A stretch of DNA of 64,000 bases from Xylographa opegraphella. Its lineage: Eukaryota. Of this stretch, positions 34,717 to 47,300 are shown piece after piece. Positions within the stretch are counted from its first letter, which is position 1. Each line of letters starts with the position of its first letter. The notes beneath the pieces were generated by a model. It saw only the letters and a program-made list of their open reading frames with translations. It was not told the origin of the DNA and did no database searches. The translations under genes and the position numbers were made by a program. The stretch covers positions 1 to 64,000 of the forward strand of contig JALDZX010000018.1 in NCBI GenBank assembly GCA_022813865.1, in the 5' to 3' direction.

Positions 34717-37023
34717 TCAGCCCGAAGAATGAGCTCCACCATCCGATGCCCCTGATGATGCCGTGACACTATCTCTCACATGATCATCTGTAGTGAAAGA
34801 AGTTGCTGGCTGATCAGTCGCGAACGGAAATGCTTGATAGTCCGTAGGTACGGAGCTATGAGGTGCGGCGTTTACTTCGTAGCGTTCGTGCATGGATCGG
34901 ATTGCCCTGGGATCTGATATCCAAAGACTGCCTCGCTGGTGCAATGCATTGATGGAATTTGCGGATGAGGGATCGCCGAAGTCTTGCCATATCACTCCTG
35001 GAGTATGCGGGTCCGAAGGACTGGATAGATGTGGTGGAAGATCCTGGTATTGTGATCGATAACTACTGTCAGACCTCTCCGCGGAAGCTGCTGGACTCTG
35101 CGATGAATTGTGCTCGTGTCCGACACCAGGCGGGAGATATCTTATTCCATTCGGCTCAATAATAGTGGTGCCCATTTGCGGCTCCGACGCCTTCAAACTT
35201 TTACGCAAACCAAACATACCGATTTTACGGAAGCCTCGCGGACTTTCATACAAATCTTGTTGGACATCCAGGGACGAGGAGTTTCCCACGTCCTCCGTTC
35301 GCTCAGACACCGAATGAGTACGACGACGTTTGAAGGGATTAGCAGCATTTACCAACCGGTCGGCCAGTTTAGGGATTGGAGGTGTAGGTGTGTGACTGCC
35401 GATATTCGTAATAGTGTTAGGGGGGGTTTGGTAATTTCGATCACCCATATGTTGGAACTGTCTGCCAGGGTTTGATATTGACTGAGTTGGTAGATTTATC
35501 GTCGGTGGTTCTGAATCCACAGTTTCAAGTGGTAGTTGAGGACTTGGTGAGGCTGAGTCGATGATAGTGTTATATCGAACTGTATAAATAGTACTCGCAG
35601 CACTCGTTGTGTCTGTTCTATCAACAGGAGAGGCGACCGCAAGAGGAGGTGAGGGAATACTGAGGTGTCCTGGATGAACCCGTTCTACAACACCACTCAT
35701 GCAATTACTTCGGGACTGAATTGCTGTGGTACTGGTTTCGGCCGAAGGAAGCGGTTGCCGTGATCTGCTGTTCCCTGCGAAGAACTTATGTTTCCGAGAA
35801 GAGCCAATAACTAGTGTGGGTTTTGCCCGTCCACCGCCGAGTGAATAATGACGTGAGCCGGGCCAATCCCCCATGGTTGTAGAGCTTGTCGTTATCATTT
35901 CATCAGCGTCGTAAACTCGATCTCCAAGAATACTGTCTTTATTGTGCTCTCTTTCGAGAGCCTCAATTCTCTCAACCCACTCCCAGACAACCACACTAGC
36001 AGCAGCAGCACCAACCCACCTGAAATAATCACCCCAGCCGGCTAGGTTTGGGTTTGCAATATCCAAAACGAAAAACACAACAGGTATCATTATTGCGATT
36101 AGTGAAAGCATTGCGACCATACAGATATTGCGCATTTTTGAATGGTAGAAAGCAAAAGATCTTTTACGAAGGGAATAGTATATGACACATGCAGCGTAAA
36201 GTATACTCAAGGCCAGCTCAAAAAGATAGTCCAGGGCAGGGATTGCACTTGTAAAGCTCCTCGGTCGCCTTTTGATGCTATTGTCGACAAAGTTGTTGAG
36301 GATACTGAAGATGGTATTTAGGACGATAAGAGCGAATCCAGTCCACTTGATGGTAATTTTTTCTCGATGTCTCGGGAACAGTCTGATTAGGGTCTGGGCT
36401 TGTGCAAGCCATAAGAAGGTAGTCGATATAACACGAATGACACGTAGTTCGAGCGAGCCGGCAACGTCATCGGTCAGTTCAACCGCATTCTCCTGTCCCA
36501 AGTTGTACTGTTCTTCCGCAATCTTGAACGTGTTGACAGTGGCAATAGTCAGAGATATAGCAACCAATAGAGTAGCTACTATCTGCAGCCATGGTCTGCC
36601 TCCAATCCGGATCGGAGCTTGCCCGCTCATTATCCCACGAGGTCCTAGAAATCCACCGCCACCTCCAGGGCCGCCGAAGAAAAAGGTTCGAGGAGCGATA
36701 CACAGCATGACAAACAGGGTATAACTAATAACAGTCGCCGTTGCCAATGCGTAAATTTGCGGTGAAGTTGAAGCATAGAAATCATCTCGAAGACCGTTGC
36801 CGATGGTGACACTGGCGCTACCGTTCAAGGCACCGGAGGGGATCGCCGTACATTCGGGCTGAAATACAGCGTCTTGACTGAGCGTGATGATCGAAGTAGA
36901 ATCGATTGTGAGCAGACCTCGCGAGGGCAGGTGGAAGGGCGTGCAGTGCTCGGGAGGTGACTTGGTAGTCGTGGAAGGTCGGGCCCAGATCTGACGCCGC
37001 TCGAGTCCATACTCGTTATCCAT
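34717..37023 (-). CDS. palH: pH-response regulator PalH/Rim21 (7-TM sensor)
   Basis: CTPFHLPS, DDFYAS, GRPWLQ, WLAQAQTLIRLFPR, AAASVVVWEWVERIEALER and a long S/P-rich cytosolic tail. Confidence 0.94.
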   Translation of the reverse strand: MDNEYGLERRQIWARPSTTTKSPPEHCTPFHLPSRGLLTIDSTSIITLSQDAVFQPECTAIPSGALNGSASVTIGNGLRDDFYASTSPQIYALATATVISYTLFVMLCIAPRTFFFGGPGGGGGFLGPRGIMSGQAPIRIGGRPWLQIVATLLVAISLTIATVNTFKIAEEQYNLGQENAVELTDDVAGSLELRVIRVISTTFLWLAQAQTLIRLFPRHREKITIKWTGFALIVLNTIFSILNNFVDNSIKRRPRSFTSAIPALDYLFELALSILYAACVIYYSLRKRSFAFYHSKMRNICMVAMLSLIAIMIPVVFFVLDIANPNLAGWGDYFRWVGAAAASVVVWEWVERIEALEREHNKDSILGDRVYDADEMITTSSTTMGDWPGSRHYSLGGGRAKPTLVIGSSRKHKFFAGNSRSRQPLPSAETSTTAIQSRSNCMSGVVERVHPGHLSIPSPPLAVASPVDRTDTTSAASTIYTVRYNTIIDSASPSPQLPLETVDSEPPTINLPTQSISNPGRQFQHMGDRNYQTPPNTITNIGSHTPTPPIPKLADRLVNAANPFKRRRTHSVSERTEDVGNSSSLDVQQDLYESPRGFRKIGMFGLRKSLKASEPQMGTTIIEPNGIRYLPPGVGHEHNSSQSPAASAERSDSSYRSQYQDLPPHLSSPSDPHTPGVIWQDFGDPSSANSINALHQRGSLWISDPRAIRSMHERYEVNAAPHSSVPTDYQAFPFATDQPATSFTTDDHVRDSVTASSGASDGGAHSSG

Positions 37024-37343
37024 CTGCAGCCGTGATATCACCAAATTTCTTCCGGTCCTCCCCACCGGTGAGATATACGATCCATAGGTCGACCTGGAGC
37101 GGATCTACCAGCTGGCAGCGACTCGAGGCCGGCAGGAAAGCAAAAGGATTGATTGCGAGATCGGGTTTGGTCAGGTACAAGGTTCGTGATTAGCAGGAGT
37201 AGGAACTTTACAGGCGAACTATACGTTTCTAGACTATATCGTGAATGGATTGGCGGAATGGTGGCAGGTTGTGTGGGGAAGACTTTCACGTTAGATGGAG
37301 ACCCTTGAGCTCGGTTGACACAAGGCTGGACCCTGTCGATCCC

Positions 37344-37357
37344 GCCAAGCGGCCAAG
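37344..37357 (+). promoter_or_regulatory. Tandem pair of PacC consensus sites (GCCAAG x2) in the palH/IMP1 divergent promoter
   Basis: GCCAAGcgGCCAAG matches the GCCARG consensus. Function not shown. Confidence 0.4.
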
Positions 37358-37554
37358 AGATATCAGTTGAGCCTCAAACAGCAGACGAAAGGTTCAAAGC
37401 AGACATTTCCGATTTAGACGTCTTCTTTCTTCCTGCGACGGAGTGGGTTTCTACGTTCTTTGAAATATCGGCTGATATCGATGAGTCCACAATTGAAACG
37501 AAACGTCGCCCATCCCCTGAATCACCGGCCTGCCACAAAACCCCGTCTGCTTAA

Positions 37555-38128
37555 ATGTCCTCTCTGTTTTCCTCCCCGGTACGGATCTCGACCATTTTTG
37601 GCCAATCGCTAGTCTGGTACATAAGAAACTGTACCAAGCTCTTCTTCGGCATACACTTGGCCACCGAGTATGTCGGGCAGATCAAGCTGACCGCCGGTCT
37701 TTCAATGCTGCCGACATTGAACGTGGCTGATGATTGGGTTTACGTGTCTTGCTTTTACAGGAGGGGACGGGGCATCCGGGTTGGCGATGTGGTGACGATC
37801 AGGCATCCAATGTTTCCAGGTACTGGGGCATGTAAGCGCGTACTGGGTTTACCGGGGGATTTTGTCCTCCGGGATACGCCGGGAGAAAGCGGAATGATGT
37901 TGCAGGTTAGGAGTGCATGGGTCCGTGAGAATAATAGGACAGCTAACTTGTGCAAAGATACCTGAAGGCCATTGCTGGCTCGCTGGGGACAATTTCCCGG
38001 ATTCGAGAGACTCTAGAGATTATGGACCATTACCGATGGCACTTATCAAAGGGAAGGTCATTGCTAAAATCTTGCCTTTCAGGGAGCGAAAATGGATGGA
38101 GAATACGATGAAAGCTGTAGATCCATAG
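37555..38128 (+). CDS. IMP1: Mitochondrial inner-membrane protease subunit 1 (S26 family)
   Basis: GLSMLPT (Ser), CKRV (Lys), GHCWLAGDN..SRDSRDYGP. Intron 37906-37957. Confidence 0.9.
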
Positions 38129-39238
38129 TTCGTTATCAATGTGATCGAGTACCTCTTGGAGGATGTTCCCATGGAGTTCCATCATATAATACTACTCGTT
38201 TCCGATACTGGTATCATCATCCCCAGTTGGAGCGACTACTCTATCCTCTGTCTATGAAAGCAAATAGACGTGTCAGTACCCCGACTAGGTCCGACGAGAA
38301 ATCCGTTAATGTCCTCCGTATTTATGCACTACTCACTGAGTGACGCTACTCGCTCCGACAAACCCTCACTGCCGTTCCAACTGCGAGCCTATGTTCCATT
38401 CATCTTCCCCAGTCCTCATGGGTCGTGTAAAAACGAAAACTCATCTCAAGTATTGATAATAATGATAGAGATGGGGCATTGTTTAATTGGTAGCTCTGTT
38501 GTTAAATGTGGTTTGGAGGAACACATTGGGAAACCTCAATGTGCCAAAACTGTCCACCGATCTATAACTTTGGCAGACAGAGCTACCGTAAATAGTTGTC
38601 TCGTTATTCTATAGCTCATATAAAGAGCTTTCCTTTCCCTTCCCCTATCCCAACCCCTTTCCACTCCTCCTCTCCTGTATCTCACCGCATGTACTCCTTT
38701 CAACGTCAATGGACTTCAACACGGATGCAGAGACCAGAAGGTTTTGGTGGGTTGGGGAGCAGGTTACAGTTGACCCATTTTAATAACGCAGCAAAGCTTG
38801 TCATCCGCACGCTGGAGCTATTTCAGGGAGTGTAACCTACTCAAGACTGCAGGCCCGAGGCTATCAAAATGCAAATACATATGTCGTTGATGTCACCGCT
38901 GATAGATTTGGGATTCCATAACTATGGAGTAGAGTTTTCTTATTAGGGTCATTCCAGATTCCATGTCATGGTTTGCGTTAGAGCAGTTGCCACAGTTCGC
39001 ACATAGCGGCCGCCTTCAAAGGAATGGAACTTGAGATGCATGCTGTGCTAAGCGCATAACGTAGTGATTTCATCAATTGACCATTGGGATCTAGACGTCC
39101 TCCGTCCTCTAAAGGTTATCCAGATGATTCTTGATTTGTTCCCCGAATTCCATCGAGTCTCGTAACGTCCGACAGGAATGTGGGATAGAACACCACGAAA
39201 CTGCGAAGCTAAGACAAAGAGATATAACCTTTCCCTAC

Positions 39239-40724
39239 TCATGCCTGTTTATGGTCGTCACTTTCACCTTCCAACAATACGTACTCAAGGATATCACTCA
39301 GAGTCAACATCCCTACCAGCCGGTTTCCCTCGTCGATGACGACGAAGCGGTGGACACGTGACTTCCGGATTGTGTCGAAGACAGTATCAAGACGATCGTC
39401 GATCGAACAGGTGTATATGCCCGGAAAGTCCTTTCGATCAACGTCAGAAAAAGCCAACGCGACTGAAAGTCGGATACCAGTCTTACATCAGAACGTTTCT
39501 GCAGTGCTTCTCCCACGCTAAGGTTGAGCTCTTCATAGACACTACCTTTGATTAGAGCGATAACATCGACCGCTTCGAAGACGTTAACAACAACGCCTGT
39601 TGATTGTTAGCACAAGAGACACTGGTATTAACTTCGGAGATTTTCTACCATCGCTGTTGAGAATAGGCACACTAGAGATATTTTGATGAACGAGCTGCTG
39701 TATGACTTCGAGGACTGGCGTCTCCATCCTCGCCGTCTCGAGATTCTTGTATGTTCCCAAGTTGAGATGCCTCAGAGGTTTCCGGAGCAATTGAGTCTCA
39801 ACGACATTAACTGCAACAAATTTCAAGATCCGATATTGCGTAACTACGCTGACAACCATAGCGCGCCTTGTTTCATCGTCAATATCCACAAGCGGTATTC
39901 GCCGTGCGCGAGACTCCAGCATACGGCGGCACGCCTCGTACAACGGTCGAAGTGGATGGATGGAGACTGTCTCTATGGGCGTAACGTTGATTTCCTTCTC
40001 AATAGCTAGATACTCCATAAGCTTAGCTTTGGAAGACAGGAACCCAGTCCCCAGCTACGCACCTCGCAGACTGTTCAAACGAAATTGGTCGATCCTGCTC
40101 ATCTCCTCGGGATGGAGACAGTAATACTGGATGACATTGATGTAGTCCGAGGTAGTAAGCAGTCCGGCAAAGGTGGAGGTCTTGGAGTCCCATAATGGGG
40201 CAGATACAATTCCTAGTCGATGGATTCTATCGTCAGTGTCACGTTCAACCGCACTGCGTTGTGCGAGCTTACCATTCTGGTTTAAAATGGCTAGGCTCTT
40301 CTTCACGAGAAGACTGGTGTCGAAGACGATCAAGCGGAAGCTTAACGGGAGAACATCGTAGCTGGTGCGGACCTTCAGGAAGGCACGAATACTTTGCTGC
40401 ACCGTAGGAAGCCATATCAGCTTCTGCAAGTGCTCCAGCCGTGGATGGTAGAGCATTTACCAGGCCTCGACGCTGGTCACGATCCACAGCGGTCTCCAGC
40501 TTTGGGGGAGGTGGAGGCATTACCCTCGAGTGCCCTCGCGGCCGTCGCAAATATGATGCAGGCTGCACGAATCCCTCGTGACCCGCAGGCTCGACGGGAG
40601 GACTAGCCATCTTTTGGGATCCTTCACCTCCGCCTCCACCGCCTCCACCGTCACCAGTGTCCGCCGTAGTAGTCGCTGTGGTAGCGAGGAGCTTGTGCGA
40701 CTCTTCTTCGGCCTCGTCCGCCAT
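39239..40724 (-). CDS. SNF4: SNF1/AMPK gamma subunit (four CBS domains)
   Basis: [56 protein letters not shown]. Five short introns. Confidence 0.96.
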
Positions 40725-40915
40725 CCTAGCGACACACCGCTCACGGGGCAAGAACTAACATCGATGGCTCTGCTCTTTTCCGGTTCACCATTTGTTGCTT
40801 CTCGATTGAGCAGGGTTACACGAACGCAAAAGCTCGGCCACTACGAAGGTACGGATGATTGATCATTCGTCCTCGACATGGATGATGGAGGAGGTGTCTT
40901 ACTACGTGCAGGATG

Positions 40916-41118
40916 GTGGGGGCTGATGGGAAAGCCGACTAACTTCCCCGGCTGGAGCTAGCACGCTCCATGGGGCTGTTCCAATGCCGTATTTTTGTAT
41001 TTTTGGAATTTTACCCCACCCAGCTCGACGCCATCTCCCCCGCAACTGGGGGGGTAGGATGGGGAGAATACAGTATTGACCCGAAAGGGAGTCTCGTGCG
41101 ACTCCTGCCCTACCCCAC
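40916..41118. promoter_or_regulatory. Cluster of seven CreA/Mig1-type SYGGRG sites in the SNF4/DAK1 divergent promoter
   Basis: Matches on either strand at 40916, 40946, 40952, 41014, 41038, 41046 and 41113. Confidence 0.5.
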
Positions 41119-41199
41119 CGCCATGGGCTGAACCATGAGTCTTGCGTTTGGTTCATACTCCTCGTGGTTCACAGCTGGTTGGGTTTGAACACAGAGACC

Positions 41200-43085
41200 A
41201 TGTCTGGTACGATAATGTTACGAAAGATTTCTGCTGTCAACTGATCTTCTTCTCTCTCGTAGCAAAACACTTCCTGAATGATGCCGCCCACGCCGTGGTG
41301 ACCGCTCTGCGCTCCCTGACCCTGACAAATCCCTCGCTTGTCTTCGACGAACCCAATAAAATTATCTACAGGCATCCCTCGTCAATCTCAACGTCACAGG
41401 AAAAAATCTCGTTGATTTGTGGTGGGGGGTCCGGTCATGAGCCTGCTTTCGCAGGCTACGTCGGTCGAGGACTGCTCACCGCTTGCGTCGCTGGATCAAT
41501 CTTTGCCTCCCCCAGCGCCGAACAGATTCGGACATGTCTCGCTCACAGGCTTCCGGCGGACTCCCCAGGTACGCTCGTGATCGTGATGAATTACACCGGA
41601 GATGTTCTGAACTTTGGGATGGGAGTGGAGAAAGCGCGAGCGATGGGCAGAGAAGTCGAGATAGTGGTCGTTGAAGACGATGTCGGTGTAGGACGCGAGA
41701 AAGGCGGCAAAGTAGGGAGAAGAGGAATCTCGGGAGCGTGTCTGGTCGTCAAAGCCTGTGGAGCCTTGGCAGAGATGGGAATCAGCCTGGAAGATACTGC
41801 TCGAGTTGGAAGACTGGTCGGAGAGAATGTCGTCAGCGTTGCGGTCAGCTTAAGCAGAACTCATGTTCCGGGTCGGCCAGCAGAAGAAGCAGCAGAAGAA
41901 GCGGAAAGGCTTCCTCCAGGTACAATGGAGATTGGAATGGGAATTCACAACGAGCCTGGGTGTGAGAAGTTAGAAGCGGACCTTCCGGGCGTGGTAGAAA
42001 AGATGCTAGCACAATTGCTTGATCAATCGGATAAAGACAGAGCATATAGCACCATTCAACAAGCGGACCAGACTGTGATGCTCATCAACAATTTTGGCGG
42101 CCTCAGCAATTTGGAACTAGGTGCGATAACCACAGAAGTCTGGACACAGCTAGGGAATAGATACAGGATTAAACCCGTAAGAGTCATCACTGGGGTCCTG
42201 AACGGAAGTCTCAATGGCCTAGGCTTTGGCATCTCACTCTTGAAGCTGGTAGACACAGGACTGGGGAAGAATAAGTCCATGCTTGAGCTGATCGATTTCC
42301 CTTGCGAAGCTATTGGCTGGCCTGCGCCTATTTCTACACAAACGTGGCAAGGAGAATATAAGGATATTCAGCATAAAGAAGATTCGAGCGAGGAGACAGT
42401 CAGGCCAAGTAATCTAAGAAGTAAAGGGACTTGTTCCATGTTCGACGTACGTGCTAATCATGGAACAGTGAACTCTGCCCGATTTAGGAAGGCATTGAGA
42501 TCAGGTCTAGAGCATGTCATCGCCGCAGAGCCAGATGTCACTAAGTTTGACACAATCGCTGGGGATGGGGATTGCGGGGTCGGCCTGAAGCGTGGCGCAG
42601 AGGCTATTCAAAGTATGCTGGATCGCACCCAGCCCACAGATGATGTTCTCGTTGCATATCTGGATGTCGTACGCACTGTCGAAAGCACAATGGATGGTAC
42701 TTCTGGGGCCTTGTATGCGATCTTCCTAAACACTCTTGCTCATGATCTCCGTCGCCAGGATGGACCTACTCCTAGGGATATTACCACTCAGATTTGGGCC
42801 AATGCTCTAGGTTCGTCCTTGCAAGCCATAGCCAAGTACACGCCTGCGCAACCGGGTGACCGGACGCTCATGGACGCACTCTATCCATTTGTCAAAGCAT
42901 TACAAAACAGCAAAACCACGAAAGAGGCTGCAGAGGCTGCGCAGAAGGGAGCGGAATCCACTCGGGGAATGAAGGCCAGTTTGGGTAGAACTGTATATGT
43001 GGGAGGCGAAGATTGGCAGGGGGTGCCAGATCCGGGTGCATGGGGACTGAGCGAATTCTTGGTTGGACTTGCGAAGGAACTCTGA
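41200..43085 (+). CDS. DAK1: Dihydroxyacetone kinase (Dak1 plus Dak2 domains)
   Basis: GGGSGHEP, NYTGD, VGRRG, GMGIHNEPG, GDGDCG, GDRTLMDAL, PDPGA. Introns 41207-41262 and 42421-42468. Confidence 0.96.
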
Positions 43086-43172
43086 GCTTAGATGTTCATT
43101 GGGTATCTGTGTCATCAGAAGTTCTAGACGCCATTCTCCGACTATATAGCATAGCAGATTCAAGATGTATAA

Positions 43173-43748
43173 TCAGCTCAATAGAACCAAGATCACCGAG
43201 TCTCCCCGTAAGAACCTGCATCACCGAGTCAGCCGCACATTTACCGGATCTTCAGTAGTCGAGACTCATACATCTTGCTTATGAATCTGTCCTTGTTGAC
43301 CGGTCTCCCTTTCTTCCCAGCTGCAGTTTTCGGTGTTTCCGTCCACATTTCTTTCACATTCTCCAGGACCATGTTACAATGCCGATCGAAAGCTTTAACT
43401 CTCGCGAGTAGTTTGCGATTGTTGCGGCACGAGATCAGAACTTGAGTATGTGAGCGAACGGCGGTCTGGAGAATCGAGAGTGGACCGGAAGTAAACTCGT
43501 GCTCTTCCAATTGCGCGATCTCGTACTCACTACAGATGATGTTAGTGTTGAGAAGTCCTGGTGTAGCTAAGATAGCAGTATCAAGGGGAGAAAGCGATCT
43601 GGCAGGAACAGCCTGAACTGTCCAGGCCGATAGGGAGACCAACGTGAGTTCATTGCGAGGCTTGTTCAAGAGATCCCTGGAGATGCGTTAGCTTAGGAGT
43701 CCTCGTGATCACATTATGAGTCACCTACTGTATCTTTGCGTCCGCCAT
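43173..43748 (-). CDS. SMD2: Small nuclear ribonucleoprotein Sm D2
   Basis: [59 protein letters not shown]. Three introns. Confidence 0.96.
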
Positions 43749-44323
43749 TTTCGAGATAAAGAGGGGTCAGAGCTGCCGCGACAGTTGAGAAAAAACAATA
43801 CTGTAGTATCGAATTGCTCAAACCGGTCTAGCTCCTTATTAGTCATCGAGCCAATGATAATGCGGGTTGCGACGTCATTGGCTTGTTGACTTAGGCGCGG
43901 TTCACGGGGAACGCGTCCAGCTTTGGGACAAGGTTAGCGTACCTCTGTATCGTGATCTTACACGTGGAATGGTAGCCCTTCTTCGACAAATCTGTGCAAC
44001 AATCTTTTCGTTTTCCTTCTGGGTACACATGGTGTCGAAGTCTCTTCTTCCGGCCTTCGATCTACTATTGATATAAAGTAGTATTTGAAAGAATTGCAGT
44101 CTCTATTTCAAATCCGGTCACCTGATATGGAGATCCCGGAAACTCGATAGCGACCGAGACTTTCTCGTCCAAACTATGATCACATCTTAGCTGTAATCGA
44201 GGAAGCCGGCCACTCAAGATTGTCTGTCCAGCAGAATACGGTAACATTCAGACACCACAGCCGAGTATTGCAACATCCTCACCTTTCGTCTCGAACTCTG
44301 ACGACTCCTTCAATCAACGTGCC

Positions 44324-47300
44324 ATGTCTTCACCAACACCAAGCAATAGAGACCAGTCTAGCGCAAGCGACTCTCAAGATGTGGCTGTGCGACGGATGGG
44401 CTGTACGAATATATCCAGCTTTCGCTTTAAATATGCTTGCTGACCAAATACATTCAGTGAAAGTCCTCTATACCTTCGACGACCAGAACAAGACCAACTG
44501 CCTTGCTCGATGGCCCCAAGTCATTAGCATACGAACGGCATATCTGGACGAAACTACGCAGGTTGGAGTTATCGAGCTGAAAACTTGTATACAGGCCATC
44601 GTGACAGCCAGCCCCGAACTAGTTGCCAAGCTTGCCCACGATTATACTGTATATGCCTACGATTATTCTGAATATGATACACCACTAGTTGGGCAAGGAA
44701 TGCTATCTTGGGTTCTCGCATCGTCTTCAACTACGCCGTCTGCACCTGCCAGTCAATCGAGGACTATGGTTACAGGACGTGTGTGCAAAAATATTTTGGC
44801 CTTGTTTTCCAATGGTGTGCAGGAGACTTTGGAAGTTAAGCTTCGCCTTGTCCCCGTTCCGACATCTCTCCAGAGCGAATATCTTGAGAGCATGCGTAAG
44901 TACAGGGACTTGAGCAAAATCATGCCTGAGGGTTTCGATGCACAGGCATGGACGAATTTCCTCCGCGCAAACCCAGGGATTCTATCAATGGGAGAACAAA
45001 GTCGAAGCCAATCGCCCATGGTTGGTGCGGGGCAAAGAGAAGTAGGCATCGAGCATGTACAGCGGTTATTCAATGAGGGGTATGGGTCTCCTATTACGAG
45101 ACAACAGGACTACCAAAATGGAAGAGACACTTTCTCTGACACAATGGAAAGCCACAATCAGACTCACTCCGATAGCCAATTACCTAATATGGTCTCAAGC
45201 ACTTTGCAAGCTGCATCTCAGCAGAGTCACCGAGAAGCAGAGTCGAGAGCTTACGTCCGCGGCTACGAAGAAACAGAAGCTTTCTCAAGAAGACAGTCCA
45301 TTGACCCGGGCTATACTAGCAGTGACGATCGTTTTGAAGAGGGACCCAACAAGAAACGAGCCAAGGTCACAAAAGCAGATTGGCCAAATAAGAACTGCAT
45401 CGCGAAGAACCTGGAGTCACTAAGAGTGGTTGCCAGCACAGCCGCGTCCGTTCGAGTATTTCAGCCAACGGCGTCGCGGCCATCAGGTAGTGCATTGAAT
45501 GCTCTTGAAGAACCCCCAAGAGCTCCGACTCCCATACCTCGAGCGACCAGCCAGCAATTACGTCCTCCACTAACTGCGGCGAAAAGCGGCCTTGGAAGAA
45601 TGTCATTTTCGATGAGTACCGCTGAATATACATCACCCTACGTCTCTTCAGATGCTCTCAGGCCACCCGAATCAGCAATGACTTCTCCTGAGGAACATCG
45701 TTTAGCTTACACGCCTTGCGACCCTGCATCGTCCCCACCTGTCGTACACGATGCATCTCCTGCTCCATCAAGCCCGATGCTACCACCACTGCCTCGTCTT
45801 CTGGAGCCTGGATCTACGAATGCCGTTCCAGACGGACTGTTTGAAATTCAGGACATAGAGAACCAGAACTTAGAGCAGCTCGAACTTGACATCATTGCTG
45901 GCTACAACAAACAATCCGAGCCTAATGTTTCCGAGCCCAAACCTAAGAAAGCAGGCAAAAAGAGAACGCTTGATTCGAACCTAACACAGCAAGAGCAGGA
46001 TGAGAAAACTGCAGCGTGGTCAAGGCGTCAAGCAAGGAATGCATCGGGCTCCAAAGCACTCAGTCGGACCTCGTCTTCCGGACAACTCAAGCAAGCAGCT
46101 GTTCCGGCTAGCGATCCTATAAGGCCGACACATGGGGCCCTTCAGCGCTCGCAAACTTGGTCAGGTCAGCAACTCCCGCATCCTGCGTCAGATACGCCAA
46201 CGGGGTCCGAGGGTATCGAAGCTCCTCGACCAAGGTCACGGGCAGGAGGTAATGCGAAGAGGAAGCAAGCCATTCAGAGCAGACTGGCCACGTCTATCGC
46301 GGCAGGAGAAATGCCTTCGTTTTGCGAGAATTGTGGTGCCATAGAAACACCGACCTGGCGGAAAGCATATTCTAAGATTCATAGTGGAGGAATAGAGCTT
46401 GTACAGCTGTCCGATGCTGAAGGAGGTATTTTGGCTTGCGTCACCCTTGAGACTAACGACGATGGAACTACGAAGCTTTTCAAGATCATCAAGAAAACGC
46501 TTCTCAAAACGGACAAGGACTTTATAGAAATTCTTTTGTGTAATCGTGAGTTTCTCAAACCTCCTGCGAAGAAAATAATCCTAACCTACCCCAGCATGTG
46601 GCTTATGGCTTAACAATCACAAATGCATGCGGCCAAAGAGCATCTGGGAGCAGCGCAAAGATGACAACCAACGAAAGGGAGGTAGAGGATACCGGAAAAG
46701 TTCCACTGCCGCAGACTCCTCCAACGATGCCCGATCAGGCGCTACAAATATGACGTCTGATGCATCTTCCCCAGTGGATGGAGCTGATGAGGTGCCTGTG
46801 GGACCGGAGCAAGACGACGAGCCTCAGTTGCCACCTATGAACCGGCAACGTGCCATGAGCGCTCAAATGGCACCGAATGTGCAGACGAAGTCCGATGCAG
46901 TGATCGGCACCGCAGCTGTAGCGGCTCTACAGAGAGCCATCCAATCATCTCCTGGACGTTTTTTAGAGACGAAGCACGTTCCAATTGAAGTCGAAGACAC
47001 GACTCCAAAGTCCACCCGTCGAGTTCTCTTTCCCTCGCCCAAACATCGGACAGTAATGGGGCTTGGCGGGTGCGACGATATCCCCGAAGCGCGCAAATCT
47101 CAGCGTGGCAGTCCGGCTGCTACAACGTTCTCCGCCACGGTTGACACAACGGACAAAGAAAACTGCCCACCGGCTGAAGCTGCTCCCGATCCTTTTGACG
47201 ATCTATTCGACGAGTTACCCAAGCCGGCATCATGCCCCCCTAGCCCGTCGCCATCCGGCAGACCGCCTGGCCATGTCTTCAAAACTCCCACCAAAACGCC

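Noticed and set aside
14126..38128. PIF1, MIP1 and IMP1 as a mitochondrial gene cluster, and EDC3 and PUB1 as an RNA-granule cluster
   Set aside because: They are interspersed with unrelated genes, and such co-occurrence is unsurprising among about 27 housekeeping genes.
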